A stretch of DNA of 64,000 nucleotides, taken from positions 3,725,728-3,789,727 of the forward strand of contig NC_057754.1 of assembly GCF_004010195.1 (NCBI RefSeq). Reading direction: 5' to 3'. This DNA is from Chiloscyllium plagiosum. Taxonomy: Eukaryota. The position numbers and the translations under genes were made by a program. Positions within the stretch are counted from its first letter, which is position 1, and each line of letters begins with the position of its first letter. Of this stretch, positions 40,325 to 52,190 are shown in pieces. The notes below the pieces were generated by a model. It did not search any database. It was not told the DNA's origin and saw only the letters and a list, made by a program, of their open reading frames with translations.

Positions 40325-43300
40325 AAACAATAATGTTAAGTTTGAACTTTACATTTCGTGTGTAAAGGTGGTGGGGGTGAGGCATGGTTTTTAGTTTGAT
40401 TCCATACAGTTGGTTTGTGCCCAGTACCGAGGAGTCTGGAGATTTGGATGTGTGTGTGCATTTTAATGATGCTTCAGTGCTGTTAAAGTGGAGGCGGGAG
40501 CTAACAGTGCAGTGAAATAGAGAATTGTTGAAGAACTCACTGTCAGAGGAGCAAATCCATATATCTGGTGTGTGTGTGTGCGTGCTAGAGAGGAGGTTGC
40601 TGCAGTAAAGCAAGAAATGTGGCAGAAAACTGCTGAGCTTAGGGAACTCGTGTTTGCTCTGAAGTAAGTGTTTAATTCGCCGTCTGCTTTAGGTATCTCA
40701 AGGACAGATACTAGCTGAAGAAAGACAGCATCTGGTAAACGTACAGAAATTTGCCAAAAGGAAGCCAGTTACAGCTGTGCCAGCCTGACCAAGAAGCCTT
40801 AGTATGGAGATGGTTGCTGAGGCTTGAGTGTTTTTTTTTTAAGATTAGATTAGACTTGTTGCTTCGGCCCAACAAGTCCACACCGACCCGCCGAAGCGCA
40901 ACCCACCCATACCCCTACATTTACCCCTTACCTAACACTATGGGCAATTTAGCATGGCCAATTCACCTGACCTGCACATCTTTGGACTGTGGGAGGAAAC
41001 CGGAGCACCCGGAGGAAACCCACGCAGACACAGGGAGAATGTGCAAACTCCACACAGTCGATCGCCTGAGGCGGGAATTGAACCCGGGTCTCTGGCGCTC
41101 TGGCGTTTGTAAGGATATTGCTGAGATAAAAAGGGGTACAGATAGACAACAATGTGTAAATACCATAATCGATCGTGAATTGAAATAGAAAACGGGACTG
41201 CTCTCAAAAACTGAGGATTGTGGAAGGATTTGCTGCATTTTGAAAAGCAACTTATTGAAGCCCGATCTAAGTGGTGTTTACACTAGTTAGTTGCAGATGA
41301 GCTGTCACCAGGGCATGGGTGCAAAGTGAGAGTCAACTGGCAACACGTAGCAGATTGGTTTATGGAGTGGTGTCCAACTGATGACAAAGGGTACTTGCCT
41401 GCTAACTGCTAGGCGATTGGTTCCTAGGCAACTTGTAGGGGTAAACACTAACGCCAGAAGCTTCCCGACCTCCAGAGAGGGAAGTGGTGTGTGTTTCTCA
41501 GTGAATAAAAGATATCTGCAGCTGGAGAAAGGCAACATTCTTCTCCCACCAGTGGCTATAATCAGCTGCTTTTAACTGATGTATAATTTGTGAACCAGTC
41601 ACTGTGTCTCATGCAAAGGTGGGAAAAGTATTTGCAGCAGACAGACTGAAAAAACTAGTGAGTAAAGAATGGTCTTAGTGAACCCTGCAGACAGGAACCA
41701 TTGACCTTCCTTACTAGCTTTTGTATCCACTGATCTTGACACTGATTTTTTTTTGTCTGTCTGCGTGTGTCTGTATATGTTTGTGCAAGGGTAATTTTCT
41801 AAAGATAGTTTCAACTGGTACAGGCTATATCGACAGCTCATTGTTGTTTATCTGTGGTTGGGATCTATTCATTTGTAATAAATTGTCATTCTTGTTAAGT
41901 GCAGAAACTTAGTCCCTGTTTCCTGTCTACAAAAAGGCAGGTAATACAGGGGTTCTGTGCATGTTGAGCTTAGCTTTTAGTTTTGAGATGACTTCAGGAC
42001 TCGTTTTCCAGCACACAGCCCCCATGAGGTGACATATAAGCATAAGCAATCCTTTTTATTCGTTACAATGCTAAAAGACATTTGGATAAGTCCATGAATG
42101 GGAAAGATTTGACACAGGCAGGTGGGACTAGATTGGTTTGGGAACATGGTTGGCATGGACTAGTTGCATTGATTCCTGTGCTGTATGTCTCTATGACAGA
42201 GAAAATTGATTTATGTGACTGCTCCACAAGCATGGGATCAGACGGGGAGGCACACCAACATGAACTGCTAGAGTCGGTACAGGGTCTGAACCTGTGTTTA
42301 CTGACCTTGATTCTGCACCACTTTCAATTCACCAAGCCAACTAAACTAACCAGACCAATGGATAAAAGAGGTAGTAGAATTTTGAATCGTTTTCTGCAAT
42401 CTATAGTGGAATTCTTCCAACCTTTTTGACTAACACACAAACAAATCAAGACTGGGAGTAGACTTTTCAGGTCCTGGAGCATATCTCGTCAATCAATGAG
42501 GTTGTGACAGCTGATTGTAACCTTAAAACCACATCCTTGCCTTACCCCAATAATCTTTCATTCCCTTGTTTAAGAGGGATCTACCTAACTCTGAATATTT
42601 TAGGACTCTACTTCCACCATCTTTTCAGGGGAAGAGTTTAAAAGATGCATGACTCCTGAGATTTTGTTTTGCCCAATCTCTATCTTAAACTCTGCTTTTT
42701 GAAAAGTCTAGTGTGACGTAGTTTATGTTTTATTATTCTTGTTTAATAGTTATTTGTGTTAAAAGCATAGTAGTGGATTCTTGTAAATTTATTACTGACC
42801 TCCATGCTTATTAAAAAAAAAGAATCTCTGTTCCAGACAGGTTCTCGTTCGGAGATCTGAATCATCCACAATTCACATTGACTGGGATCAAAACAACGTG
42901 GCCTCAAACTTAAAGACATCTGTGAATTCTTAAAGGAACAAGGGTGCAGAGAACATTTACCAGGACGGTGCCTGGTCTAGAAGATTTAACGTATGAAAAG
43001 AGATTGAATAACCTCGGATTGTTTTCACTTGAAAGACAAAGGCTGAAGGGCGATCTGACAGAAGTCTACAAACTTATGAGGGTGGATAATCAGAAGCGGT
43101 TTCCCAGAGTGGAAAGGTCAACTGCAAGAGGGCACAGGTTTAAGGTGGAAGGTTTACAGGACAAGTACAGGGATCATTTTTCACACAGTGGTGACAGGTG
43201 CCAGTGGGGGTGGAGGAAGCAAACACATTCGCAATTTTAAGGCATATCTTGATAAGATGCAGAGGGATAGAAACAGTGTGTGGGCAATAAGTAGCAGGTC

Positions 43301-46300
43301 TAAACAAGAATTAGGAATTGGTGCAGACCTGGTGGGCCAAAGAGCCTGTTCCTACGCTGTATTGTTCTTTGATTGTTATCAAGACTTCTCTGGGCGTAGA
43401 AGATGTAATAGAAGACCATTTGAAATTGAAGGATAAACTGGGAGTTTGTGGAATATTTGAAAGTAGAAATATAAGGAGGATCTTGTGAGGATGATGTGTT
43501 TAAAGTGATTACCCAGCATTTAGAATTAAATGGAGAGAAACCTGAAACTGATCTAAGACTAGCTGAGATTCAGATCGGAATGAGAAAACTTGAATTGGAG
43601 GAAACAGGAACAACAAAAAGCTGGGGGAAAAAAAGAGAAATGGATTGAAAAACTGAAATAAAAGGCTGAACCGTCAGGAGAGGAGAAAGAAATGAGCGAT
43701 GGAAAGGGAAGTGAAAAACCTAGAACTCCAGAGAGAGAGAGTGAGAGATCAGACATGAGTCATCTGAAGAAAAGCTGAAAGGAAGAAAGACAATAGCTCA
43801 AAGGATTATTTTGATTCCATGGACGATTTTAACTAAAAATCTTCAACTTTGTGCCTAAATTTAGAGGATACACCTGAAAAATGTTACCTTATTTGAAGAG
43901 ATAGCTGTGAAAAATTGAAGTGGGCTGAAAGACCTCAGTTATACAATGTCCTGACAGATACAGCTATGAATGTATATACAGCAGCCTGTCAGAACATCCA
44001 TCTACTTATTATTAGGAGGATCACATTGTTTTATTTTCTTTACTTCCAAGGATGCAGAAGGAATGACTGCGCTTTTGAAAACCAGTTTCTGGAACTCATT
44101 GAGAGTTGTGTTTACATCGTTGCTTTGTAGGGGTCGCACAACTGAGGTTTGGCCAGCAACAGTTCATTGGCTGGTTTGTGCACTTGTGACCCATTGTGAA
44201 TACCAGAGATTATCAGCCCAGACAATAGCTCTGTGACTAGCTCCTGGACAGGAGTCAACGTGGGCGTTTCCAATAGAAGGGGAGAAGCCTCTGGATTGCT
44301 GAAAGAGCAGATTCTGTGTCTCTCTCTGTCCGCAGTAAAAGTACCTGAAGCCTGAAAAAAGCCAGTTATCTTCTCCCACCAGCTGCTGTAGGCTGCTGCC
44401 TTCAAGCAGCAATGAAGAGACTTTGTAATTAATGTACCAATCACTCTGTGCCATCTGCAAAGAAGTGAAAGAACCTGACAGAGATTGAAGAACAGGAAGT
44501 CTTGGGAAGTAAAGGGAACATCTCATTGAACTCATTGTCCCAGCCATAACACCAATGTAAATGTGGGTTTGAGGGTTTAAAAACAGGGTTTATGTTTTAC
44601 CTAATAATTATATGTTGATAGTTCATAGCCTGTTTACCTGTATCTGAAACTTATTTATTTGTACAAGAAAAGTAGCCATTGTTAAGCACAGGAACCTGTT
44701 GAGTGTTTTCTGTTAACTTGATTCCATCCGACAGGGTAAATGGGGGACTTTTCAAAGTGTGAGATGACCAAAAAGCATTTGAAAACTGCCAAACAAACTG
44801 TGAAAGCAAGATTGCATGGAAGTGCCCACACTGGAAATTTTGTTGCTCGGGATAAGGTATTAAACAATGCCAGCTGTTTCTGGTGAAAGCAAAGTTCACT
44901 GGACCTTAACAAATCATAAGGGAAGTTAACGTCATGAATGAAGCAGTTGGGAATTATGTAGTGAGTACTGGAAGAAAAATTGAAGTTAATCTGTTAAAGT
45001 TACATGGGAGGATAGTCAGGAGAGTCCTGTGTTTATGGTGAAAGAAGTAGGGAGTAAAATATAATGATCAGAGCGATTTGAGAAAGGATCGGATTTTGAA
45101 AATTCTAAATTTGACCCTCCAAAATGGATTGCACAGAGGTGCTTACAAAGTCAAGAGATAAGATAATGCTGTCTCTCTCAGAAGACTTTCAAGGTGACTG
45201 CTGGAAGCAATTTCAGACTCAAACATGTGTGTATGTAAGTTAGTCAGGAAAAATATTTCAGTATCATAAGAATCACTGCTGTGTTGGTGTTAATGTAGGG
45301 GATGCATCAGACAAAGTAACATCCTTACGGGCTTAATCAGGTAAGTTATCTTAAGTGAGAGAGGAGATCAAGTATATGTGAAAATGTAAATCAGAATAGC
45401 TAGAGCTCACCTATTGTTATGGTACTGAAGCCAGCGAGGTCACAAGACTCTGTATAGATCATCGTCAAGTCAATGCAGAAATACATATTCAATTCCAGGT
45501 TTGGAGGATTACATTGAAAGGAATGGACAAGCAAGGTTATTACAGTGATTATTTATTAAAGGGAGATCGGCAAGTTCCATTGACCAATATGACCGAAGCA
45601 ATGTCAGCTTTTGTAAGTTCAGATGGACTTTATCAATGTGATGTAATGCCCGTTCAGGATGATAAATGCATCAGCAACATTCCATAGGTTAACCAACAAG
45701 GTTACTGAAGGATTACAGAACTGTGGTTGTAGATATTGATATATTTGGATTGTGTTCAGCCAAACCTGGGAAGAATACTTCAGCAAATGGTTTGATCGGC
45801 TACAAAGGGCCAATTTGGTCATCTTCAAATTGAATTCAAAGACGAACTTGCCAAAGCAGAAGTAACTTACAGTGTTTGGGCAACACTGAGAGACATGACC
45901 AAGTAGCAAATAAAAACTATCCTGGAATTTTCTGCACCTGAGACAAAACAACAAATTAATGATATGGGAGTGTGAGTGTGTTCTATCAGAAATTGGATCC
46001 AAATTTCAGCACTGGGTGTGATTCACTTGATAATCTTGATAAGAAAGGGCCAATAAATTTCAATGGACAGTGCAATATCAAGAATTGCTTTTGACAGGTT
46101 GAAAACTTGTAGTGAGTACTGCCACCAAATTATGTTAAACTTGCTATTGTTGCCAGTTTACATGAATGTTAGTGCAGTTTTATTACAGCAGGATGAGATG
46201 GGGAATGAACAGCCAGTCAGTTACTTTTCAGAAAAATTGATCTGTTGCCATCAGAAATAACTGTGGGGAAAAAAAAAGGGTGACTTTGAATTCGATGTTG

Positions 46301-47474
46301 GCTCTGAAACACTTTGCAGTCTACACGTAACTCTGCAGGCTACTATTTCAACAGAACATAGTCCTTTAACTTTCCTTACAAAATTTCATAACAAGAATCA
46401 GAAACTGTTTTGTTGGAGTTTAATGCTGAAACCATACAATTTTAAATCCATTCATGTCACAGGAAGAGACAATATCAAAGCAGATGTTTTATCAAGAGCA
46501 AATATGGAGGAAAACAAAATGGAGGAGTCAAAATAGACTTGTGCAGAATGTGATTTTTTTTTATGAAGAGTCCTTGTATATTTGAAGTAAATGCATTGTT
46601 ATTGCGAGTAAAAACTGGAGAAGTGTAATAGAAATAACGATGACACAAATAGAAAATGAAAATGTCTCTTACAGATAGCTTTCCATTTTTGTTTTGACAG
46701 GTGTTGTCAAGAACAATGCATAATTTAAGTTAAATTTATATTATATTTTACATTTTGTGTGTTAAGAAGTGGGGGATGGAGATGGATTTTAGTTTTGTTC
46801 CGTAGATTTGTTTTGTATATGGTCACTCAGATGTATTTAATGAGGATTTCTAACCTTAAAGCAGAGGAAGGGGTTAACAGTGCAATACATTATAAAATGG
46901 CAGAAGAAAGAAGCTGTGCTGTTGCCTACTGGGTCTAGGCACATACACAGAGAAGAACAATCCAGAAAGCAGTAAGTTAGGTGCTTGGATGGATGGGTAA
47001 ACATATTAAACTCTCCGCCCCGGGTAAGAAATTTTGGAAAGTGACTTGAGGGACCTTGTATTTCCCCTGAAGTTAAAGTAACAGCAAGTTTAGCTTGCAG
47101 TTTGTTTTAGGTTTCTCTGGGAGTACCAACTGAAGAAAAGTAGCCTCTAGAAATTTTCCAAAAGGAAATCTGTTGCAGCTGTGCCAGCCCGACTAAGACG
47201 TTTTAGAATGGAGATGGTGATGACTCTTCGGTGAGTTTTGGGTGTGTAAGGATATTATTCCGATAAAAGGGGGACTGCGATTTTGAACGTTTTTCTGATG
47301 TCTGCAGTTAAATCTTATCTAATGTAACGTAGCCCTTGTTTAATTGTGTTAAAAGCAAATTGGAGTATTCTTGTGAATGTGTTTAACGAATGAAAAAAGA
47401 TGTTTAACAAAACAAGATTTGTCTCTATCTGGGATACGACTTGTCCAATACTAACATCAGTTGGGATCATAACA
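40325..47474 (+). mobile_element. Ancient Gmr1-like Ty3/gypsy LTR retrotransposon (dead)
   Basis: Diverged LTR pair (~40325-42895, interrupted by insertions, and ~46705-47474), both ending GGGATCA(A/T)AACA. Gag remnant at ~43400-43990. Integrase C-terminus KAKFTGP* at ~44885. RT at 45300-45870 (SSPIVMVLKP, LCIDHRQVN, DGLYQCDVMP). RNase H at 46150-46500 (AVLLQ..PVSYFSEKL, DNIKADVLSR). Confidence 0.85.
40843..41100 (-). mobile_element. Young HE1-like SINE inserted in the 5' LTR
   Basis: SINE core and tail interrupt sequence that is contiguous in the 3' LTR (47220-47250). Confidence 0.85.
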
Positions 47475-48771
47475 GAACACATACTTAACAAATATTCAAC
47501 GGCATTGTTCAAACAAATCAAATCAGGAGCATTATATCATGTGATGCAGAATTCACTTTTCTATAGATAAAAATGGGAACACATCTGCTTAAGCCTAACA
47601 TTGTTGAGTAAATTCAGATGCAAGTCAGTCAGAGTCAGAATTGCAGATTGAAATGTGATCAAATTTTGGTTCCAGCTACTAACCACAGCTCGCTTCAAAA
47701 TGATTGCGTGCCTGTAACAAACAGCAACAACTCACAAGCATATGCAATAATTCTAATTAGTATTTTGACATGGATGCCTCAAAATAATAGAGGATTAATA
47801 CAACTTTGCTGGAAAACGGGGATGTGGAGGTGCTGGCCGAGGGGTGGTGTCATTGATCTAACCATTCCTGGCCGCTTGAGTTTTCAGAATTGTGGAGGAA
47901 GCCAGAAGAAATGGATGGGATCATTGTACCAGAGGCAGTACAGTTTATATGGTGAATGGGGCTTGATGTAATTTGCTTTCGTACAAATTTTGCGCATTGT
48001 TTCTGCTTTCAGAAAGGGGACACATTACTGATAGCCACTGCTGATTAGGATGACAAGGATACCCTTTCTTTAGATGCAAGCTCTGCTACATCCAATTAAG
48101 CTCACAAAGCATTTACGCACAATTGAATAACTGGGACAACATCGGTTTGGTGTTGTAACTGCACCATATAAATGTCACCTTGCTGTAAGTAGGTAGGTGG
48201 GGGTGCTGGAAGGTATGCATAATTTAAGATCGAGCCAAAAATGCAATGCAGCGATGTGGGGGGGAAAGGTAACTCACTGAAGAATGTCAGAGGAGATGTG
48301 CAGGGAAGCAGTTGTACACATCCACTGCCTTCATGTCAGAACAGGGACACTTCTCGTCACAGGACTTTTTGTTTTTAATCCCTACAGTGTGGAAACAAGC
48401 CCTTCGGCCCAACAAGTCCACACCGATGAGCCATGCCGAGACAGCGAGGCAGTGCTTTGTTCTGCTGAAGTCTAGAAAAGGGCTCTAGCCAATGATGAAT
48501 GTTAGGGCAGAGGGACCAGAAATGAGCAAGAAAGTAAGGTGCCAACAGAAGGTCCAGATGTTGCCGTCGTGAGGCAGACTTGTGGGAGGCAGGGGAGTAG
48601 GTGTGGACTAAAATCGTATCTATACTTCTGACCAGGATCAGTTTCTTTGCAGTCTACAATAAATGTTAACAATTCAGGATGTGATGCAATTACAGCAGAA
48701 ACTCAGCACGTATCTCTGAAGAGACTGCTGGCTGGGATTAGTTTGACACCACAGAGGTGCAGAAACTGACA

Positions 48772-49962
48772 TCACTTGGGAGGTGCAAAATGACGTGGAG
48801 CAAGACTGAGCAAGTGCTTTTTCAGGTTCGCTTTTGGATGAGCGGGGGCAGACACAGAGGACACATGCCTCAGACCGGATTCAGCACTCTCCCCCAGGGC
48901 AGGGGCATTTGAGAGGCCCGATCGTACAATCTCTCTCAGGGTAGGGGCGTTTAGCAGGCCGGATTTAGCATTCTTTCGGAGGCTGGGGGTATTTAGCAGG
49001 CCAGATTCAGCACTCTCTCTCGGGGCAGGAGCATCTAGCAGGCCAAATTCAGCACTCCTTCTCAGCAAGGGATCATTCAACAAGCCAGATTCAGCACTCT
49101 TCCTTGGTGAGGGGGATCTCAATAGACCAGCTCGTTGGCTCTGATCCCTGGCAGGGGCACTTGACTGACTAGATTGGGCACGCATTCCCTTAATGAGGGT
49201 ATTTAATAATTTCGATTGGGCGCTTTCTCCCAAGGTGGGGGTATTCAACAGGCCAGGTTGAGGACTCTCTTTAAGCACGGCTGCATTAACTCTGGATTGG
49301 CCCTGCATTCCCAAGGCGAGGGAATTTAACAGGCTGGATTGGTTACTCTCTGCAAAGGCAGGGGTGTTTAACAGACCGGATTGAAACCTCCCTCCAAGGA
49401 TGGGAGCACCTAACTGTTTCGGTTGGGAACTTTCTCCCAGCTCAGAGGTATTTAAGTGAAGGCTCTGTCCTTGGGCAGGAGTATTGATAAGTGAGGGGCG
49501 GGACCTTTTGGCGAAGGCAGGCTTATCCTCCTGAGGCATTTTCCTCTTTGTGGGTTTTCGGTTTTCCAGCTTTGGTGCAGGGGCCGGAGGCAGGCGGAAG
49601 CGGTGGTACAGGGAATTGTTCTTTGAGAGGCTTGGAGGGACAGGATACTGGAGCCGATTGCCCCCACGCACACGATGGGCAGCTTGAGACCCAAGCTGAG
49701 GGCTGGGCGGAACATACTCGCGATAATCGACAGATTGCTGGGTAACACCGTCTGGGCGGTAACGAGTGTAGAGCGACTTTTGCTGGCCGTACCTATCTAG
49801 GGAATCACATGGTGCCCTGGAGCATTCTGCTTCCTGGTGGCTTGATCTTCCAAGCGGTCGAAACTTTTCCACCACACCGCAGACAGATTGTGTCTTGGAT
49901 GGCCGAACCTTAGTCTTAATTCCCTTAAAGTCAGCGAGATCCATCTTGTTAATGGCTTTCAT
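48772..49962 (-). CDS. 396-aa derived RBM14/RBM4-family paralog lacking intact RRMs, with C-terminal 14-aa tandem repeats
   Basis: Long uninterrupted non-TE ORF in an exon with a strong polypyrimidine/cag acceptor (exon starts at 49991). Colinear similarity to exon 2 of the neighbouring RBM gene; basic NLS-like segment RKPTKRK...AKRSRP. Confidence 0.72.
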   Translation of the reverse strand: MKAINKMDLADFKGIKTKVRPSKTQSVCGVVEKFRPLGRSSHQEAECSRAPCDSLDRYGQQKSLYTRYRPDGVTQQSVDYREYVPPSPQLGSQAAHRVRGGNRLQYPVPPSLSKNNSLYHRFRLPPAPAPKLENRKPTKRKMPQEDKPAFAKRSRPSLINTPAQGQSLHLNTSELGESSQPKQLGAPILGGRFQSGLLNTPAFAESNQSSLLNSLALGMQGQSRVNAAVLKESPQPGLLNTPTLGESAQSKLLNTLIKGMRAQSSQSSAPARDQSQRAGLLRSPSPRKSAESGLLNDPLLRRSAEFGLLDAPAPRESAESGLLNTPSLRKNAKSGLLNAPTLREIVRSGLSNAPALGESAESGLRHVSSVSAPAHPKANLKKHLLSLAPRHFAPPK

Positions 49963-51921
49963 TACTTCCTCTTTTGTGTTCTAGGTGCAATCTGAGAGTT
50001 GGGTGGAGTGGGGGTGGGGGGGGGGGGGGAAAGAGAGAGAGATTAATTAATTTCTGGGAAGAGAGCAGATGGCGCTGAGGCAAGGTTGGATCCTAGATCT
50101 TTGTTTGGTTTATGAAAATCTCGTAATGAATCTCTGTAAAACACTGGATGGGTCTCAGCTGGAGCTGCATCAAATTGTGTGCAATCACATCTCAAGGGGG
50201 AACAAGACTGTGGCATTCAACAAGGCTCCTCATGCTAGACTGGTTAGCAAGATTAGATCACATGGAATACAGGGAACATAGTAGAACAGAGCATGACAGC
50301 GCAGTACAGGCCTTTTGGCCCTCGATGTTGCGCTGACCTATGAAATCAATCTAAAGTCAATCTAACGTACACTATTCCATTATCATCAATGTGTTCATCC
50401 GATGCCATTTCAATGCCCTTAGTGTTGGCGAGTCTATGACTGTTGCAGGTAGGGCATTCCACGTCTTTGAGTAAAGAACCTAATTCTGACATCTGTCCTA
50501 TATCTATCACTCCTCAATTCAAAGTTATGTCCCCTTGTGCAAGCCATCACCATCTGGGGAAAAAGGCTCTCACTGTCCACCCTACCTAATCCTCTGAACA
50601 TCTTGTGTGCTTCTACTGAGTTCCCTCTTAACCTTCTTCTAACGAAAATAGCTTCAAAGGTCCCTCAGCCTTCCCTCATAAGACCTCCATACCAGGCAAC
50701 ATCCTGGTAAATCTCCTCTGCACCTTTTCCAATGGTTCCACACCATAATTGCCACTTTTAGAATGCTGCATTCAATTCTGGTCTCCTTGCTATAGGAAAG
50801 AGGTTGTGAAACTTGAAAGAGTTCATAAAAGATTTAAAAGGCTGTTGGCAGGGAGAAGCTGAATCGACAGGGGCTATTTTTCCTGGAGCATTGGAGGCTG
50901 AGGGGTGACCTTATGGTCGTTTATAAAATCACGAGGGACATGGATAGGGTCAATAGACAAGGTCTTTTCCCTTGGGTGGAGAGTCCAAAATGAGGGCAGG
51001 GGTTTAAGGTGAGAGGGGAAAGATTTAAAAGGGACCTAGGGGCAACTTTTTCACACAGCTACATGTATGGAATGAGCTACCACATGAAATGTTGGAGGCT
51101 AGTACAATTACAACATTGAAAACGCATCTGGATGGGTATAATGGTTAGGAAGGATTTAGAGAGATATGGGCCAAATTCTGGCAAATGGGACTGGATTTAT
51201 TACAGTTATCTAGTCAGCATGGATGAATTGGACCGAAGGATCTGGTTCTGTGCTGTACATCTCTATGACTGAGGAAGGATCACTTGACCTGAAACGTTAA
51301 CTTATTTCCCACAGGCAGATGCTGCCAGACCTGCTGAGCTTTTCCAGCAATCTCTACTTATGAAACCCATCTGGTTCACGAATGTCCTTCAGGGACACTT
51401 AACTTCAGACCCACCTCAAAATGGTTGACAGGCGGGCAATTTGGGTCGGTCCAATTATTCAAAGGATGCGTTCATCCACCACCACCTCCAGGGGCAAATA
51501 AGCAAAATGGGGGAGAAATGTTGGGCCTACTCCAAGAGACCCGAGGAAATGGAGAAAGTGAAGATTGCAGACGCTCGAGGTCAGAGGCGAAAAGCGTGAC
51601 GCTGGAAAAACACAGCGGGTCAGGCAGCATCCGAGGAGCAGGACGCTTCGGGCATAAGACCTTAACCAGCAATGCCAGGGTGGGGAAGGAGGGGACTGAG
51701 AAATAGATAGGAATGTTGGGAGGGTGGTAAGGAACCTGGGAAGGCAGATGCACGTTGGGGGAGGGTTTGGAAACTCAGATTTGGGAGACCCGAGGAAGCG
51801 ACAGACAGGCGCCTTCCACAGGAGCAATGGCGACGGGGTCACTGCTGCAGTGACGTCACCGTGAAAGCCCCCTATCTGCCCCAACGGTGGTGTGGGGGAG
51901 GGGAGCAGCGCGACCTCTCAC

Positions 51922-52190
51922 CTCCGACTCAACAAACCGATTCCTTGCGGTCCCTCAGCGGCAGCACGGGGCAAGGGAGGGGGGAGAAAAAGAGGGGTGC
52001 ACTGGAAGAAGAGGTCGTTCACGGCGAGGAACCGAATCCCGGTCTCAATCACGACACCTCTCCCACCCAAAAATGATGCCGCTCCGATCACAACATCATC
52101 CCCGACAGAGAGGAAAACACACGACCCGCTGCAAAGACGACTCAAAATGGCCGCCATTGCCAACCCCACCTTTTAAAAACACGCCATAGA
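51922..52190 (-). other. Putative non-coding first exon of the 396-aa gene
   Basis: Lies in the CpG island, has a YY1-type motif GGCGGCCATTTTG near its start and a donor GAG|GTGAGA at 51922/51921. The TSS is approximate. Confidence 0.5.
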
